Source of the DNA: a virus
Lineage: Duplodnaviria; Caudoviricetes
Length of the DNA: 64,000 nucleotides
IMG/VR virus record: IMGVR_UViG_3300028832_000004
Coordinates: 32,001-96,000 of that record
Reading direction: 5' to 3' (one strand)
Of the stretch, positions 20,834 to 30,937 are shown piece by piece. The notes beneath the pieces are model-generated. The model did not search any database. It saw only the letters and a program-made list of their open reading frames with translations, and was not told where the DNA came from. Each line of letters begins with the position of its first letter. The first letter of the stretch is position 1. The position numbers and the translations under genes were made by a program.

Positions 20834-21550
20834 TTATTTGTTCGAGTTCTTGTCCATTAAGGCGAATGCCTCTGTGCGTGCCGCGTCATTCTCCGTGAAG
20901 ATGCCACGCACGCAACTGGTAGTCGTCTTGGAAGTCTGTTCGGAAGCGCCTCGCATCGAGACACAGGAATGGATCCCGCTAATGCGAACGGCAACGGCAA
21001 TGGCGCCGAGCTTTTCCATAATGGCGTCCGCGATGTTTGCCTGCCAGCCTTCCTGAAGATTCAGGCGGCGGCCATACATCTTGACCATACGGACAATCTT
21101 GGAGAGCCCGACCACCTTGTCTTTCGGGATGTAGGCAACATCCACGCGACAATGCATCGGGGCGAGATGATGGACGCAGTTGGACCACGCATCGGTCGAA
21201 ACAACTACAATGCCCTGCTCGTAAAGGGTCGGGGTGGTGTTTGCGTCAAAGTGGCGATTTTCCGCATCATCCGCCATATTCGGACTGTTCACGGGGAACA
21301 TCTTGTTCAAGAAGTCCGCAGGGTTCGTGCGATAACCTTCGGTCATTTCGGTCCACATCTTGCAAACGCGATGAGGAGTTTCTTTGAGATTATCATCCAG
21401 CTCCTCATCCTCGGAGATGCCAAGCATCTTGCGGATGAGATGTTCTACCATCTTTTCGTCTTCGGCACTAAAGATGTTTTTGGTGACGGACACCTGTTCG
21501 GTGATTTCATATTTGCGTTTCAAAGGGAGTCTCCTATTGTAAGTATACAA
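20834..21550 (-). CDS. folE: GTP cyclohydrolase I
   Basis: ETPHRVCKMW, SNCVHH, GLSKIVR, RRLNLQE and HSCVSMRG motifs. Confidence 0.92.
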   Translation of the reverse strand: MYTYNRRLPLKRKYEITEQVSVTKNIFSAEDEKMVEHLIRKMLGISEDEELDDNLKETPHRVCKMWTEMTEGYRTNPADFLNKMFPVNSPNMADDAENRHFDANTTPTLYEQGIVVVSTDAWSNCVHHLAPMHCRVDVAYIPKDKVVGLSKIVRMVKMYGRRLNLQEGWQANIADAIMEKLGAIAVAVRISGIHSCVSMRGASEQTSKTTTSCVRGIFTENDAARTEAFALMDKNSNK

Positions 21551-21643
21551 ATATACGAAAAGCGGCCCCTCCCGAAGGAGGAGCCGGCTCCGTTTGAGTG
21601 ATAGGAACTCTTACTTAGGCAACCGCAACCAATGGGGTATATC

Positions 21644-22381
21644 CTATTTAAATGGGATATTCTTAACCTGATCGTAGTTATAATATTTCGCGCCGGAAGT
21701 ATCAATGAACGTAAATTGCTTGCGCAAGTCATCTTTATAGCGCCCGCGCTTATATGAAGCTTCCATGTCAGCGGCACATACATCCTTATCATCATACCGC
21801 CAAATATACGAATCGACAAACTTGCTATGCCCCAAAATATCGACATATAGGCGCACGCTGTCGCCATTTACGCCACACCAAGGCTCGCTCGAATCGACCG
21901 CCTTGAAGAAATCGTCAGCGCTCTTGAATTTGCTGGCCGGTATCTCCACGCGATCATCCCCCCAGCCCCATGCTATCTTGACGATCTTTGGTCCGGTAGT
22001 CCCCTGCGCTTTTGGTTCGGCGGGGCTACCTGCAAGAGTATACGGGGCATCGGTTTTGGTATTGCGTTTTACGCCTTTGAGATCATAATAATACGGGCGG
22101 CCCAAATCTTTACATGCTGCGACGTAGTTGCCATGAAGTTCCGGGGAAATGCTGTAAATATAGTAAGGCTTGCCCGACACCTGATCCTTGCCAAGCCCAT
22201 CCGTATTATTGAGCACATTCGAAAGAGCCATATAGCCGGAATAGATACCTTGAAGATCCGTGGCGCGCGCATTATTACCCGTGGCGGCAATGCGGTCGAC
22301 CACCTGAAAAAGGCCGGTCGGCTTATTGCCACGAATAAAGGTAGACGCCTCATTGGTGTTGTAGACGAAATGAATCTTCAC
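21644..22381 (-). CDS. Putative internal head protein
   Basis: KIHFVYNTNE|A propeptide; N-domain paralogous to 23148..24002. Confidence 0.6.
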   Translation of the reverse strand: MKIHFVYNTNEASTFIRGNKPTGLFQVVDRIAATGNNARATDLQGIYSGYMALSNVLNNTDGLGKDQVSGKPYYIYSISPELHGNYVAACKDLGRPYYYDLKGVKRNTKTDAPYTLAGSPAEPKAQGTTGPKIVKIAWGWGDDRVEIPASKFKSADDFFKAVDSSEPWCGVNGDSVRLYVDILGHSKFVDSYIWRYDDKDVCAADMEASYKRGRYKDDLRKQFTFIDTSGAKYYNYDQVKNIPFK

Positions 22382-23145
22382 TAGTCTTCGCCAAGTTCGC
22401 GCAGAATATTTGCGGCAGCACTGTCGAAATCGCGCTCATATGAAAGCTTGTGGGTGGCAAGATCCACCTCGTAACGGACTTTCTTGGTGGAAGCGCCGTT
22501 ATCGTATGCCGGGGTCTTGAGGTCCTTTTGGATGTAGTAATCCATTGCCTTCAAGGCGGCGTTCTGCAGTGCGATGGAAATTTTCTCATTGGTAAACGGT
22601 GTCACCACGGTTATGCTGCCGGATGCGCCTACCGCATTGTCGGACAATTTCATAGAAACTTCCAACAAGATGGTTGCGTTTTTCAATTCATAGTAGGCAT
22701 CATACCCGCTATTGATTTCAAGGGAGCCGGAGTTCCCTTCATTCGCATGCGCGATAACGGCGCCGTCAGCAGCCTCGGAAGCATTTTCCTTTTTGGCAGG
22801 CTTGATTCGAATCACATAGCAGTCGCAGTGGTAGCCCGCCGAATAAACCTTTTCCATCGACAAAACATAAGCACCTTTGCCATACTTTTGAGTGATGTAG
22901 TCGTTGCCGGCCTTGACAATTTTCTCAAGGTCGTTTCTGTAGTAATAAGGAAACGGAAACAACAGCTTCTTGGTATCGCTATACCACTTGGGGAATGTAA
23001 TGGACGTAGGATTGCCAAATGCATTCGTTGCCGTTACCTTTTCGGGCTGGACACCCTTGAGATAATTCGCAATGTCCTTGACAGCAGCCGTATCTTCCGC
23101 GCTCAAGGCCTCATTCTTCACCAGTTTAATCTTTTTCATATACAC
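22381..23145 (-). CDS. Putative internal head polyprotein
   Basis: MKKIKLVKNE|A propeptide; internal SE|A and NE|G sites; C-domain paralogous to 24027..24467. Confidence 0.6.
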   Translation of the reverse strand: MYMKKIKLVKNEALSAEDTAAVKDIANYLKGVQPEKVTATNAFGNPTSITFPKWYSDTKKLLFPFPYYYRNDLEKIVKAGNDYITQKYGKGAYVLSMEKVYSAGYHCDCYVIRIKPAKKENASEAADGAVIAHANEGNSGSLEINSGYDAYYELKNATILLEVSMKLSDNAVGASGSITVVTPFTNEKISIALQNAALKAMDYYIQKDLKTPAYDNGASTKKVRYEVDLATHKLSYERDFDSAAANILRELGED

Positions 23146-23147
23146 TC

Positions 23148-24002
23148 CTATTTGTAATTCCAGTTGATGATACGCGGGTTGGCCGGATATGGTTCAACGA
23201 ACTGGACCTTTTCATCGGTTTCATACCCGTCCTTATTCACAATCGCGTATTCACCATCATGTTCGCCGGTTGGCTTGAGTTTCAAGCCATTAAAGTATGC
23301 CTTGAATTCGTCCATTGTGGCATCCTCTTTATTGTCCGGATCCCAACCAAGACGGCGAATATAATACTCCCTTGATACAACCGGGCGCCATCCCGCCCCC
23401 TGGCTAAGCTTGTGCGAGAAGGTGAGTTCAATTAGCTCGCAATCCGGGGAGGCATCCCGAGGCTTCAATCGATTGATATAATCCGATGCCTTATTCATAA
23501 CATCCTGGGCGGTCTCCCGGTAGCGCATATCATAGATAAAATTCATCAAGATGCCCTTAATACGATTGTAAAAATCCGCGTCCTTAGGGCCGACATCAAG
23601 CGCACGGCTCAGATCATCGAAATACGAGAAGGTCGCGCTGGTATCTGCGGTATTGGGAAACGGGGGCAAATCATATTTGTCGGCCCTTTTCTTCGGAGTC
23701 GGAGCTTCTCCAGCCGGGGTTCTGCCCAATTCCTTACACGCGGCAATATAATCCTTCTTCAAATCATCTGTAATCGTTAATGCGGGGAAGGACCCCGAAG
23801 TGTCCCGGATAATTCCGGAAGCATTGCGCAATGTCGAATAGAGGACTTGAGGGCGCGTAAAGAACTGATGAAGATCCTTCCCGCGGCATTTGCCGCCATT
23901 TTTCATGATATAGTCCACTATCTCGAAAAGCTTGGCCGGGCGCCCGCCGCGAACCAAGACAGATGCTTCATCCTTGCTGGTCACTAAATGAATTTTTGGC
24001 AT
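23148..24002 (-). CDS. Putative internal head protein
   Basis: MPKIHLVTSKDE|A propeptide. Confidence 0.6.
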   Translation of the reverse strand: MPKIHLVTSKDEASVLVRGGRPAKLFEIVDYIMKNGGKCRGKDLHQFFTRPQVLYSTLRNASGIIRDTSGSFPALTITDDLKKDYIAACKELGRTPAGEAPTPKKRADKYDLPPFPNTADTSATFSYFDDLSRALDVGPKDADFYNRIKGILMNFIYDMRYRETAQDVMNKASDYINRLKPRDASPDCELIELTFSHKLSQGAGWRPVVSREYYIRRLGWDPDNKEDATMDEFKAYFNGLKLKPTGEHDGEYAIVNKDGYETDEKVQFVEPYPANPRIINWNYK

Positions 24003-24026
24003 ATGATTCTCCGAGATGCCGCTGCC

Positions 24027-24467
24027 TTACGCTGAAGCGCCTTCGCCAAGTTTTTGAATAATTTTCGAGGCGGCGTCCTTGAAATCTCGAATATTGTTTG
24101 CCGCCACGATAGCATCGGCGGCGCCCTTTCCTACCTGCTTGGTGGATGCACCGCCGTCCTTTGCCGGAGATTTGAGGGTATTTCCCATATAAAAATAAAC
24201 TGCGCTTAATGCCGCATACTGCAATGCTGTAGCAATTCCATCAACCGTAAACGGCACATTCACTATAGCACTGCCGGAAGCGGGAGATACTCCCGGGGCA
24301 AGAATCAAATCGGCTTCAACAATAAGTTTATCGGAAGTTCTTTCATAATAGGCATTGTACGCGTGGTTGACTTCAACCACCCCGGATTTGCCCTCCACTA
24401 TCTTTCTTTCGGCAATAGGGGATCGCGGCATACCTGCTCGGGAGGATATCAGGTTGATTTTTGGCAT
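24027..24467 (-). CDS. Putative internal head protein
   Basis: MPKINLI...IVE|G propeptide. Confidence 0.6.
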   Translation of the reverse strand: MPKINLISSRAGMPRSPIAERKIVEGKSGVVEVNHAYNAYYERTSDKLIVEADLILAPGVSPASGSAIVNVPFTVDGIATALQYAALSAVYFYMGNTLKSPAKDGGASTKQVGKGAADAIVAANNIRDFKDAASKIIQKLGEGASA

Positions 24468-24515
24468 AAATACTCCGGATAAAAGTTTTCAATAATATAC
24501 CCTTTTTCCGGAAAC

Positions 24516-24929
24516 CTAGGCACCTGAAAGGTGCTCCAGCAATAGGCGCTTCAAGCGTTCCACTGCCTCCTCCAATGGCGGGTCACCCCAAAAGCCAAAC
24601 CCCTCCTTTGTATGAAGGGCGGCGGGATCCTTTATCGGATAGACAAAATCCTTGAATGGGCGCGTCGATGTAAATAGTGCATGAACATCCGTATCGGACA
24701 ATTTCTTGGGCGCCGGGAAGAAATCCAAGAATGGCCATAATAATCCCTTCACGCCGGAATGAGAAACAAGGTCGCCGGTGTCCGGGACCGCCATCCCTTT
24801 TCCCGGGGAATACATGTGCTGGCGATGTACAAGATCGGTGGTCTCCCCAACTATGATCGCCTTACGATAATACTTGGTGCCCAGTAAATTGTCGCCTGCA
24901 AAATAAATGTATTTTTGTTTATCCGCCAT
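24516..24929 (-). CDS. GIY-YIG/T5orf172-like protein
   Basis: YIYF...IVGETTDLVHR..Y pattern. Confidence 0.45.
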   Translation of the reverse strand: MADKQKYIYFAGDNLLGTKYYRKAIIVGETTDLVHRQHMYSPGKGMAVPDTGDLVSHSGVKGLLWPFLDFFPAPKKLSDTDVHALFTSTRPFKDFVYPIKDPAALHTKEGFGFWGDPPLEEAVERLKRLLLEHLSGA

Positions 24930-26017
24930 TAACTTTCTACGTGCATCGGGGTCACAACATACTCTTCGCCGATTGCCTGCTTTATGGCATTCGACACAGC
25001 AGCCATATCCGCATCATGATCGGCGCCTTCCGCATGGTTCAAGGACAAAGGCATGCGCACTACTATCATATACCGCGTGGAGTTCAACGATACCTCGCCA
25101 CCGATCGCCTTGATAGCAGATTCAATCAATACCCTCGCCTCATCCGAAATGTCATACGCACTCGGCATAACCGGTGGTTCCTGCCCTCTCGGGGTAGACC
25201 CATCATCATACGGGACAGAATACGGCAGTGTAATCGAGAATGGCGCATAATCGCGCGGATCTGCGCTTGTAAAAGCGACTAATGGTTCATCCGGCACATT
25301 AGGCACCTCCGTGCCATCCACAGCCGTATAGGTATGCGTTTGCGCTTTTCCGAATTGGTCCAGCGATGAGATCGGGAAACCCTTCGGGTCATAAAGATCA
25401 ATGACCAATTTCTCGACCGGATAAACACGGGACCACGCAAATTCGGATACATAGTTCATGTATATCGTGGCGGACCATCCATACGCAAAAAGGTTGCCCT
25501 CCTTGAAATTGACAAGATCAGCCTCGCCCATATTTTGTATGTACGTGAAATTAATGGTCTTATCCTTTACGTATTCCGAATTATAAATATATTCCAAGGA
25601 CAGCGGCATATTGTAGGTGTTTTGGAAGACGGCAGCAAATGCCTCTTCCAAATCCTCAACAGCCTCGGCCTTATTGGACACGAAGGCGCATGCTATCTTG
25701 AATGATGCGGAAACCGTCGATTTTCCTGCCGGGCCGCCCTCCGCATTCGTATCGAGCAGGCGATACCGCTGCCGTACAATCGGGGTAAGGGAAGTGCGAG
25801 TCCAAAACAGGCACATAAACGGACCCGATCGTACATCATCTCGCACGGTCATCTGCTTGCGGCGCATTTCCTTGTCCGCCAATTCATCGGAGAGCCAAGT
25901 GTCCGCCATTTCATTCTCGGAATCATAGACTACGCGCATGCTGTCGTCAAAGCCTTGTTCCTTAAATAAGGCGCGTATCCTTGTCAAATATGCCTGTACT
26001 GCAACGGAGGTGATCAT
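24929..26017 (-). CDS. Putative tail terminator or neck protein
   Basis: 362-aa ORF in the structural module; function inferred. Confidence 0.4.
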   Translation of the reverse strand: MITSVAVQAYLTRIRALFKEQGFDDSMRVVYDSENEMADTWLSDELADKEMRRKQMTVRDDVRSGPFMCLFWTRTSLTPIVRQRYRLLDTNAEGGPAGKSTVSASFKIACAFVSNKAEAVEDLEEAFAAVFQNTYNMPLSLEYIYNSEYVKDKTINFTYIQNMGEADLVNFKEGNLFAYGWSATIYMNYVSEFAWSRVYPVEKLVIDLYDPKGFPISSLDQFGKAQTHTYTAVDGTEVPNVPDEPLVAFTSADPRDYAPFSITLPYSVPYDDGSTPRGQEPPVMPSAYDISDEARVLIESAIKAIGGEVSLNSTRYMIVVRMPLSLNHAEGADHDADMAAVSNAIKQAIGEEYVVTPMHVES

Positions 26018-26286
26018 TTTTGGCCTCCGGATTCATTCAAGGAAGGGCGGCGAACTATGGTAATTTCAAAATGCTCGTGCAGTGCCTTATGCAATGCAAG
26101 CTTACGATAAAAGCGGCGGCCGGCCAAGGAATGGGTCCAATTCAACATGCCCTTCTTGCGCTTTACCCCGGTGATTGCCCAAGAACGGGAGGTGCGAGCC
26201 GCCTTAATGGGATTCGGCCGATGATATAAATCGTGCATAGCCTTCTTGACGCTATTCGGGTCATGATGCAAAAAATAATCGCTCAT
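26014..26286 (-). CDS. Small basic structural-module protein
   Basis: Coupled to the portal stop; HSLAGRRFYRKL motif. Confidence 0.5.
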   Translation of the reverse strand: MSDYFLHHDPNSVKKAMHDLYHRPNPIKAARTSRSWAITGVKRKKGMLNWTHSLAGRRFYRKLALHKALHEHFEITIVRRPSLNESGGQK

Positions 26287-27839
26287 TAGGACCTCTTCTG
26301 TTCCGCAGTTTCTTCATCAGGCACGTTTATAACCTGCGTTGCGCCGGAAATGCTATCAAGCAGCGATTCAATGTAGCGTGCCTTCTCCCGCTTGTTTACA
26401 TACGGGCGGACATCTTCATCATTGGTCAATGTCGTAATGGTATTGTAGATGTGTTCCATCACTGTCGTGGTAGCATCCACGTATTCCATTCGGTCAAGTT
26501 CGGCGACGTTGACGGCGCAATACTGGCTCACATGGATGTATTCGTCCGGAACGACCATGCCGTAGGACCGGAGAAGATCCTTTAATGTCTTAGTCAAGAA
26601 TCGGCGCAGACCGTTTTGCATCATTTTCACGGTACGCGCATAACGCACATACTGGCGCATGGCAAGTCCGGCGGGCTGTGCGGTGCGGCCTTCAGGACTG
26701 AATAGGAATGAATACGGCACGCCCTTAATATCTGTAATAAGATTACGGAGCGCATTGATTTGATCCGGAAGGGTTGCATCATTCGTCTGTGCGGATCCAA
26801 GGGCAACGCCAATGGCGCCACGTTGCGATTGTTCGGGGACCACTCGAAGCTTTGCTGCGGCGGCGGCAAACATGCGAATTGCGCCAATATCCTGCGTATT
26901 CAAAGATGTCAGGTCGGCGCTGTCGTTATTATTAAGAATATTTTCATAATATGCGGTGAATGAGCGCAGCTGCGTAAGATCAAGTCCATCCGGCGCCTTC
27001 ACGCCAACAATGGTATTGCGTTGAATTGCGGCGGCAATGCTTGCAAGATACATCTGCTCCAACAGCTCAAGCGAAAACACCTTATCATATATTTCAACAC
27101 AGAATGGGCGCCCGACCGTGGATGTCTGCGCAATAATGGAGTCCCTGCCTTGAATCATAATGGGATTCGTGGACAATGCAAATCGCATTCTATCGGACTG
27201 CATGGACAGGCATACTATATCATCGTTGTCTAGCGTGGAGATGCGGGTGGAATCGCCCGGAGTCACCTTATAGTAAAGCGGCTTTGCGCTCAGCCCTTCA
27301 AGGCCGACCGTAAATACGGATCCCGGCTGATAACTGTCCTGAAGGCCCACTATGTGGTTTTCCTGATCGCGCAGATATTCAATCCAATATTGCCCATAGA
27401 AAATGGCATCGCATACAATCTTATTCAGGAACGTGTCCAATGAGATATTATAGCGAAAATCGTCGACAATTCGCTGCGCCTTGCGGGATGCCGGATACTT
27501 GGTATCGATTGTCAAGTCGATTGATTTTTCGGTCTGCGGATCGATGGCCAGCACATCGTATGCGTAGGCATTAATCATTGCGGAGACCAAATATTGACCT
27601 TTCAAAGGTTCATACTTATTTAGGTCGTTTCTATAGGTGACAAAATGCTCATAAAGCTGCATCCACAATCCCATTTGGGACGCGGGGGCATTGGCGATTT
27701 GGCGTAACCGTTCGCGGTCAGCATCGGACGTGGCAATAGCATATTCAACATCGGTCATGCGGGACGCGATGTTCTGCATTATGGTTTGATCTGCAAATAC
27801 CTGCTGAAATGTCCGGGCCGCACGTGTAAAAATGTTCAA
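26286..27839 (-). CDS. Portal protein (T4 gp20-like)
   Basis: 517 aa; AMINAYAYD, LELLEQ, GVPYSFL and YARTVKMMQ segments fit the gp20 pattern; TTG start with AGGAGG. Confidence 0.8.
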   Translation of the reverse strand: MNIFTRAARTFQQVFADQTIMQNIASRMTDVEYAIATSDADRERLRQIANAPASQMGLWMQLYEHFVTYRNDLNKYEPLKGQYLVSAMINAYAYDVLAIDPQTEKSIDLTIDTKYPASRKAQRIVDDFRYNISLDTFLNKIVCDAIFYGQYWIEYLRDQENHIVGLQDSYQPGSVFTVGLEGLSAKPLYYKVTPGDSTRISTLDNDDIVCLSMQSDRMRFALSTNPIMIQGRDSIIAQTSTVGRPFCVEIYDKVFSLELLEQMYLASIAAAIQRNTIVGVKAPDGLDLTQLRSFTAYYENILNNNDSADLTSLNTQDIGAIRMFAAAAAKLRVVPEQSQRGAIGVALGSAQTNDATLPDQINALRNLITDIKGVPYSFLFSPEGRTAQPAGLAMRQYVRYARTVKMMQNGLRRFLTKTLKDLLRSYGMVVPDEYIHVSQYCAVNVAELDRMEYVDATTTVMEHIYNTITTLTNDEDVRPYVNKREKARYIESLLDSISGATQVINVPDEETAEQKRS

Positions 27840-27857
27840 AGTATATGCCTCCTATAA

Positions 27858-28244
27858 CTACGCAAAATGAAGAACTCTCCACATTTTACGGCTATGAGAA
27901 CCACTAAAGACTGCATTACGGACGCAGTCCGTTAGCAGAAACCGGTATTTGCATTTGTATTCGGCCTTAGTTATCTTCCCTTTTAAATAACGCATCAAAT
28001 TAAAGCGCCCGCCAAAAACAACGCGCTTGGTTCCAAAGGAAGAATAAATGCCATGCGCATATCTTACGGCGGACTGCATAAGCCAGCTGTTCACGTGAAA
28101 ATACTGCTTGACATGCCGCCGAACCCCCGTTTCATCTAGACCATCTAAATAACGATTATATGCCATGCGGACAATGCTACTGAAAGCACGCATGTGGCCC
28201 AACAGGGAGGAACCATTCGTTATTTGAAGTTTAAGGGTTTTCAT
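27858..28244 (-). pseudogene. Internally deleted IS200/IS605 TnpB-like gene
   Basis: SSIVRMAYNR, SWLMQSA and VVFGG..KGKITK N-terminal motifs joined directly to a C-terminal tail; no RuvC motifs. Confidence 0.6.
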
Positions 28245-28338
28245 ACACTAAATATACGATTTTCGAGGAAATTTCCGCACCGGATAATAAAAGGCGGCCT
28301 AATCAACCGCCTTAAAATACCGCAAATGAAGGCACCGA

Positions 28339-28701
28339 CTATCCAACGGAATAACCTTTTTCTTTAAGGGCATTCATAATGGCGTCGATCACCGCATTGA
28401 CCTCTGGGCGCTCGTCCATCCAGGCATTGTAAGTTTCTTCCTCTTCCCCCTTTGGAAGGCCAATATGGGCAATAATCCATTCCTCCAAATAGAGCCCGGA
28501 ATCGGACAACGTATCCATCAAATCTTCGATCTCATAACCGTCTTTGGGGTCGATTTTGCGGCGCTTGAGACTTTTAAGATAAAGATCAGCAGCACTCCGC
28601 ACAAAATCATCTTTAGTCATTGCACCATAATTATAACGGCGAGCCTCGGATGCAGGGGTAGCCCTCACAGCCTTCTTTTTGATCAATTTAATTCTAGGCA
28701 T
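28339..28701 (-). CDS. Putative internal head protein
   Basis: MPRIKLIKK...SE|A propeptide; AAGGAG RBS. Confidence 0.55.
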   Translation of the reverse strand: MPRIKLIKKKAVRATPASEARRYNYGAMTKDDFVRSAADLYLKSLKRRKIDPKDGYEIEDLMDTLSDSGLYLEEWIIAHIGLPKGEEEETYNAWMDERPEVNAVIDAIMNALKEKGYSVG

Positions 28702-28759
28702 AAAAGCTCCTTATGAAAGTTCTTTCCATAAAAATAACATTTTTAAGGCAAAAGGCAAC

Positions 28760-29497
28760 CTACGGCAGGCGGACGTGCTTCTTCACTTCGACCCAATACT
28801 TGAATCGCCCCCACGCCGGGGACTCCGGGCAAACGAATCCATCGGGAACCCAGCCGCCTTCATTTTGGTAGCCTTCCACCGCAATGAACAAGGAGGACGC
28901 CTTTCCGAGCAGCAACTTCTTCGCGTCGTTGTCCATAAAGGTTTCCGGAATGGCCTGCCAATAGTGGAGCAGGTTGACGGCGCCCTGCCAAAAATATGCC
29001 GGCGCCTTCATTTGCGCCTTCACGCCCATTCCCTCAACCATATCACAAATTCGTCCCTTCAATTCCGCCTTCGCCTCCGCAATCCTAGCGGCTTCGGACT
29101 TTTGAAAGAAGAAATGAAGGAAAGGACTAAACACGCCTTGTCCCTTTGTGACCGGGGCTATAAGAAAATGTGCCACCGGAACTTTCATGCGGACGCCGTT
29201 CTGCAGCGGCGGATACCAGCATCCCTCCTTTTGACGCTCGCTGATTGTCTGCAAGGCGGTTGTGATTGCATTTACGGCGGAATCGGTCCCATTAAAGACT
29301 AGCGGATAACGCGGCTTGCAGTGATCCGCCCAATCGCGGACAAATCGATTGGTTGCAATTTCATCAATGAGGGCGAGGCCTTCGCGATGCGTCTTGGTGA
29401 ACGCATTTTGCGAAGCCCTTAAAATGTTCGGAAAACGGCGCTCAAGGACAAATACCGGATCATCCTCGACGCCCTGCGGTCTAAGATTGAATGCCAT
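28760..29497 (-). CDS. Hypothetical protein, probably leaderless
   Basis: 245-aa ORF; CGTATAAT box 5 nt upstream. Confidence 0.6.
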   Translation of the reverse strand: MAFNLRPQGVEDDPVFVLERRFPNILRASQNAFTKTHREGLALIDEIATNRFVRDWADHCKPRYPLVFNGTDSAVNAITTALQTISERQKEGCWYPPLQNGVRMKVPVAHFLIAPVTKGQGVFSPFLHFFFQKSEAARIAEAKAELKGRICDMVEGMGVKAQMKAPAYFWQGAVNLLHYWQAIPETFMDNDAKKLLLGKASSLFIAVEGYQNEGGWVPDGFVCPESPAWGRFKYWVEVKKHVRLP

Positions 29498-29503
29498 GTC
29501 AAA

Positions 29504-29809
29504 TTATACGGAAGGGTTTTGCCGTTTAGCCACTGCGCTACGGACAGCAGGGCTAAATCTAAGGACCGGAACCAAACGCCGTGGCACCGGGGCTTTGGCC
29601 CCGGTACGCGGATTTCTTGCGGGGCGAGCCTTGCGGCGCTGTACGAAGAATGTGCCGAAGCCACGTATCTCGATGGTCTCGCCCTTTATAAGATGCGCCG
29701 CCATGCTGGACAATAGGCATTCCACCGCCGACTTGACCTGCCCGGCCGGAATATCCGTACGGTAGACAATCGCATCCACTATATCTTTTTTCGTGATGTT
29801 CAGGGTCAT
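29504..29809 (-). CDS. hup: HU/IHF-family DNA-binding protein
   Basis: ITKKDIV...GETIEIRGFGTF..RKARPARNPRTG signature. Confidence 0.92.
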   Translation of the reverse strand: MTLNITKKDIVDAIVYRTDIPAGQVKSAVECLLSSMAAHLIKGETIEIRGFGTFFVQRRKARPARNPRTGAKAPVPRRLVPVLRFSPAVRSAVAKRQNPSV

Positions 29810-29820
29810 AGGTACCTCAT

Positions 29821-30372
29821 TTATCCGATTGAGATGGTAGGCACCGTCGAGACGTGTACGCCCTGAAGCGGGCACGCAGTGCACGCATTAAGAGCCGGGG
29901 CGACGGCGCTGCCCACATTAATTACATCCCCGGTAACGGTTACAAGTCCCTTTGCATCAATCTTGGTGCCCATGGCATCATGTACAATCTTCAGGTTGCC
30001 ATCCCCGGTTTCCATCGAAATCATCGAGCCATCCTTCTTGCCGGAAATAATATTCTTCCCGAAACGCATATAGAAATCGGTTGTAAGATCAACCCCATTC
30101 AATTCCTCGGCAAGTCCCAATATATAGGTCTGCATGAAGGTGTCAACCGAAACCACCACCTTATCCCCGATCTCATATGAAAATGACATAGGGGCCAGCT
30201 GGCGGGCGGTGGTGACAAGCTGGCGTTCATTCCCTTCGGAATCCGCATACGTAATTTCGATTGCGTAGTTTGGCCCATCCTCCGTAATCCTGCCAATATA
30301 GCAGGCGCGGCGAGGATCTAAAAACTTATGCAAGGCCCTGAGTCCGAGATCAAACTGCATACATGCCTCCAT
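29821..30372 (-). CDS. Baseplate spike protein (gpV/gp5-like)
   Basis: OB-like GDKVVV..YILG, beta-repeats and a C-terminal CPLQGVH metal-binding tip. Confidence 0.6.
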   Translation of the reverse strand: MEACMQFDLGLRALHKFLDPRRACYIGRITEDGPNYAIEITYADSEGNERQLVTTARQLAPMSFSYEIGDKVVVSVDTFMQTYILGLAEELNGVDLTTDFYMRFGKNIISGKKDGSMISMETGDGNLKIVHDAMGTKIDAKGLVTVTGDVINVGSAVAPALNACTACPLQGVHVSTVPTISIG

Positions 30373-30535
30373 TTGCGCAAAAACGCATGTTTACGGCGAG
30401 TTCTATATCGTGCATACCCTTTTATACGCCTATACATAAAACAGGCGTAAACTCCCATTAAAATATAAAAAGCGTTCCCGATAATCAATACCGGGAACGC
30501 TTGGGTGAGTATGTTTGGGGGTGTTTCATTATTGT

Positions 30536-30937
30536 TTATTGTTTCGGGGGGCTGGCCAATTCCCAAGGGAATTCAAACCATGCCTCCCGATCTTTGTGTA
30601 GCTCCGAAACGAGCAGACCACAGAGATCCGGTTGCGCCTTTGCTCCAGCCTTGGCAACGTCCGTATAAAAAATCGGATTGTATTTCTTATACGCGAGCAA
30701 GGTATTGCCGGTATCGCAAATGTCATCCACGATAAGGCAGCCCGGGCGCGGTTCGGTCAGGTATTCGACCTTCAAAAGATGGGAGAAGAGGACGGCAAGG
30801 CAGACGCCGCCGCGAGGGATTCCATATACACCATTTATGAAGCGATTGGACTTCACAAATTCCTTCGCGGCGGTACCTGCGGAGAGGATCACGTCCTCCC
30901 ATGTTCTATGCACAATTCTAGGCTGATTATTTTTCAT
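30536..30937 (-). CDS. Type I purine phosphoribosyltransferase (Gpt-like)
   Basis: GIPRGG, LIVDDICDTGNTL (PRPP loop) and W.EFPWE motifs; overlaps the queC stop. Confidence 0.88.
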   Translation of the reverse strand: MKNNQPRIVHRTWEDVILSAGTAAKEFVKSNRFINGVYGIPRGGVCLAVLFSHLLKVEYLTEPRPGCLIVDDICDTGNTLLAYKKYNPIFYTDVAKAGAKAQPDLCGLLVSELHKDREAWFEFPWELASPPKQ

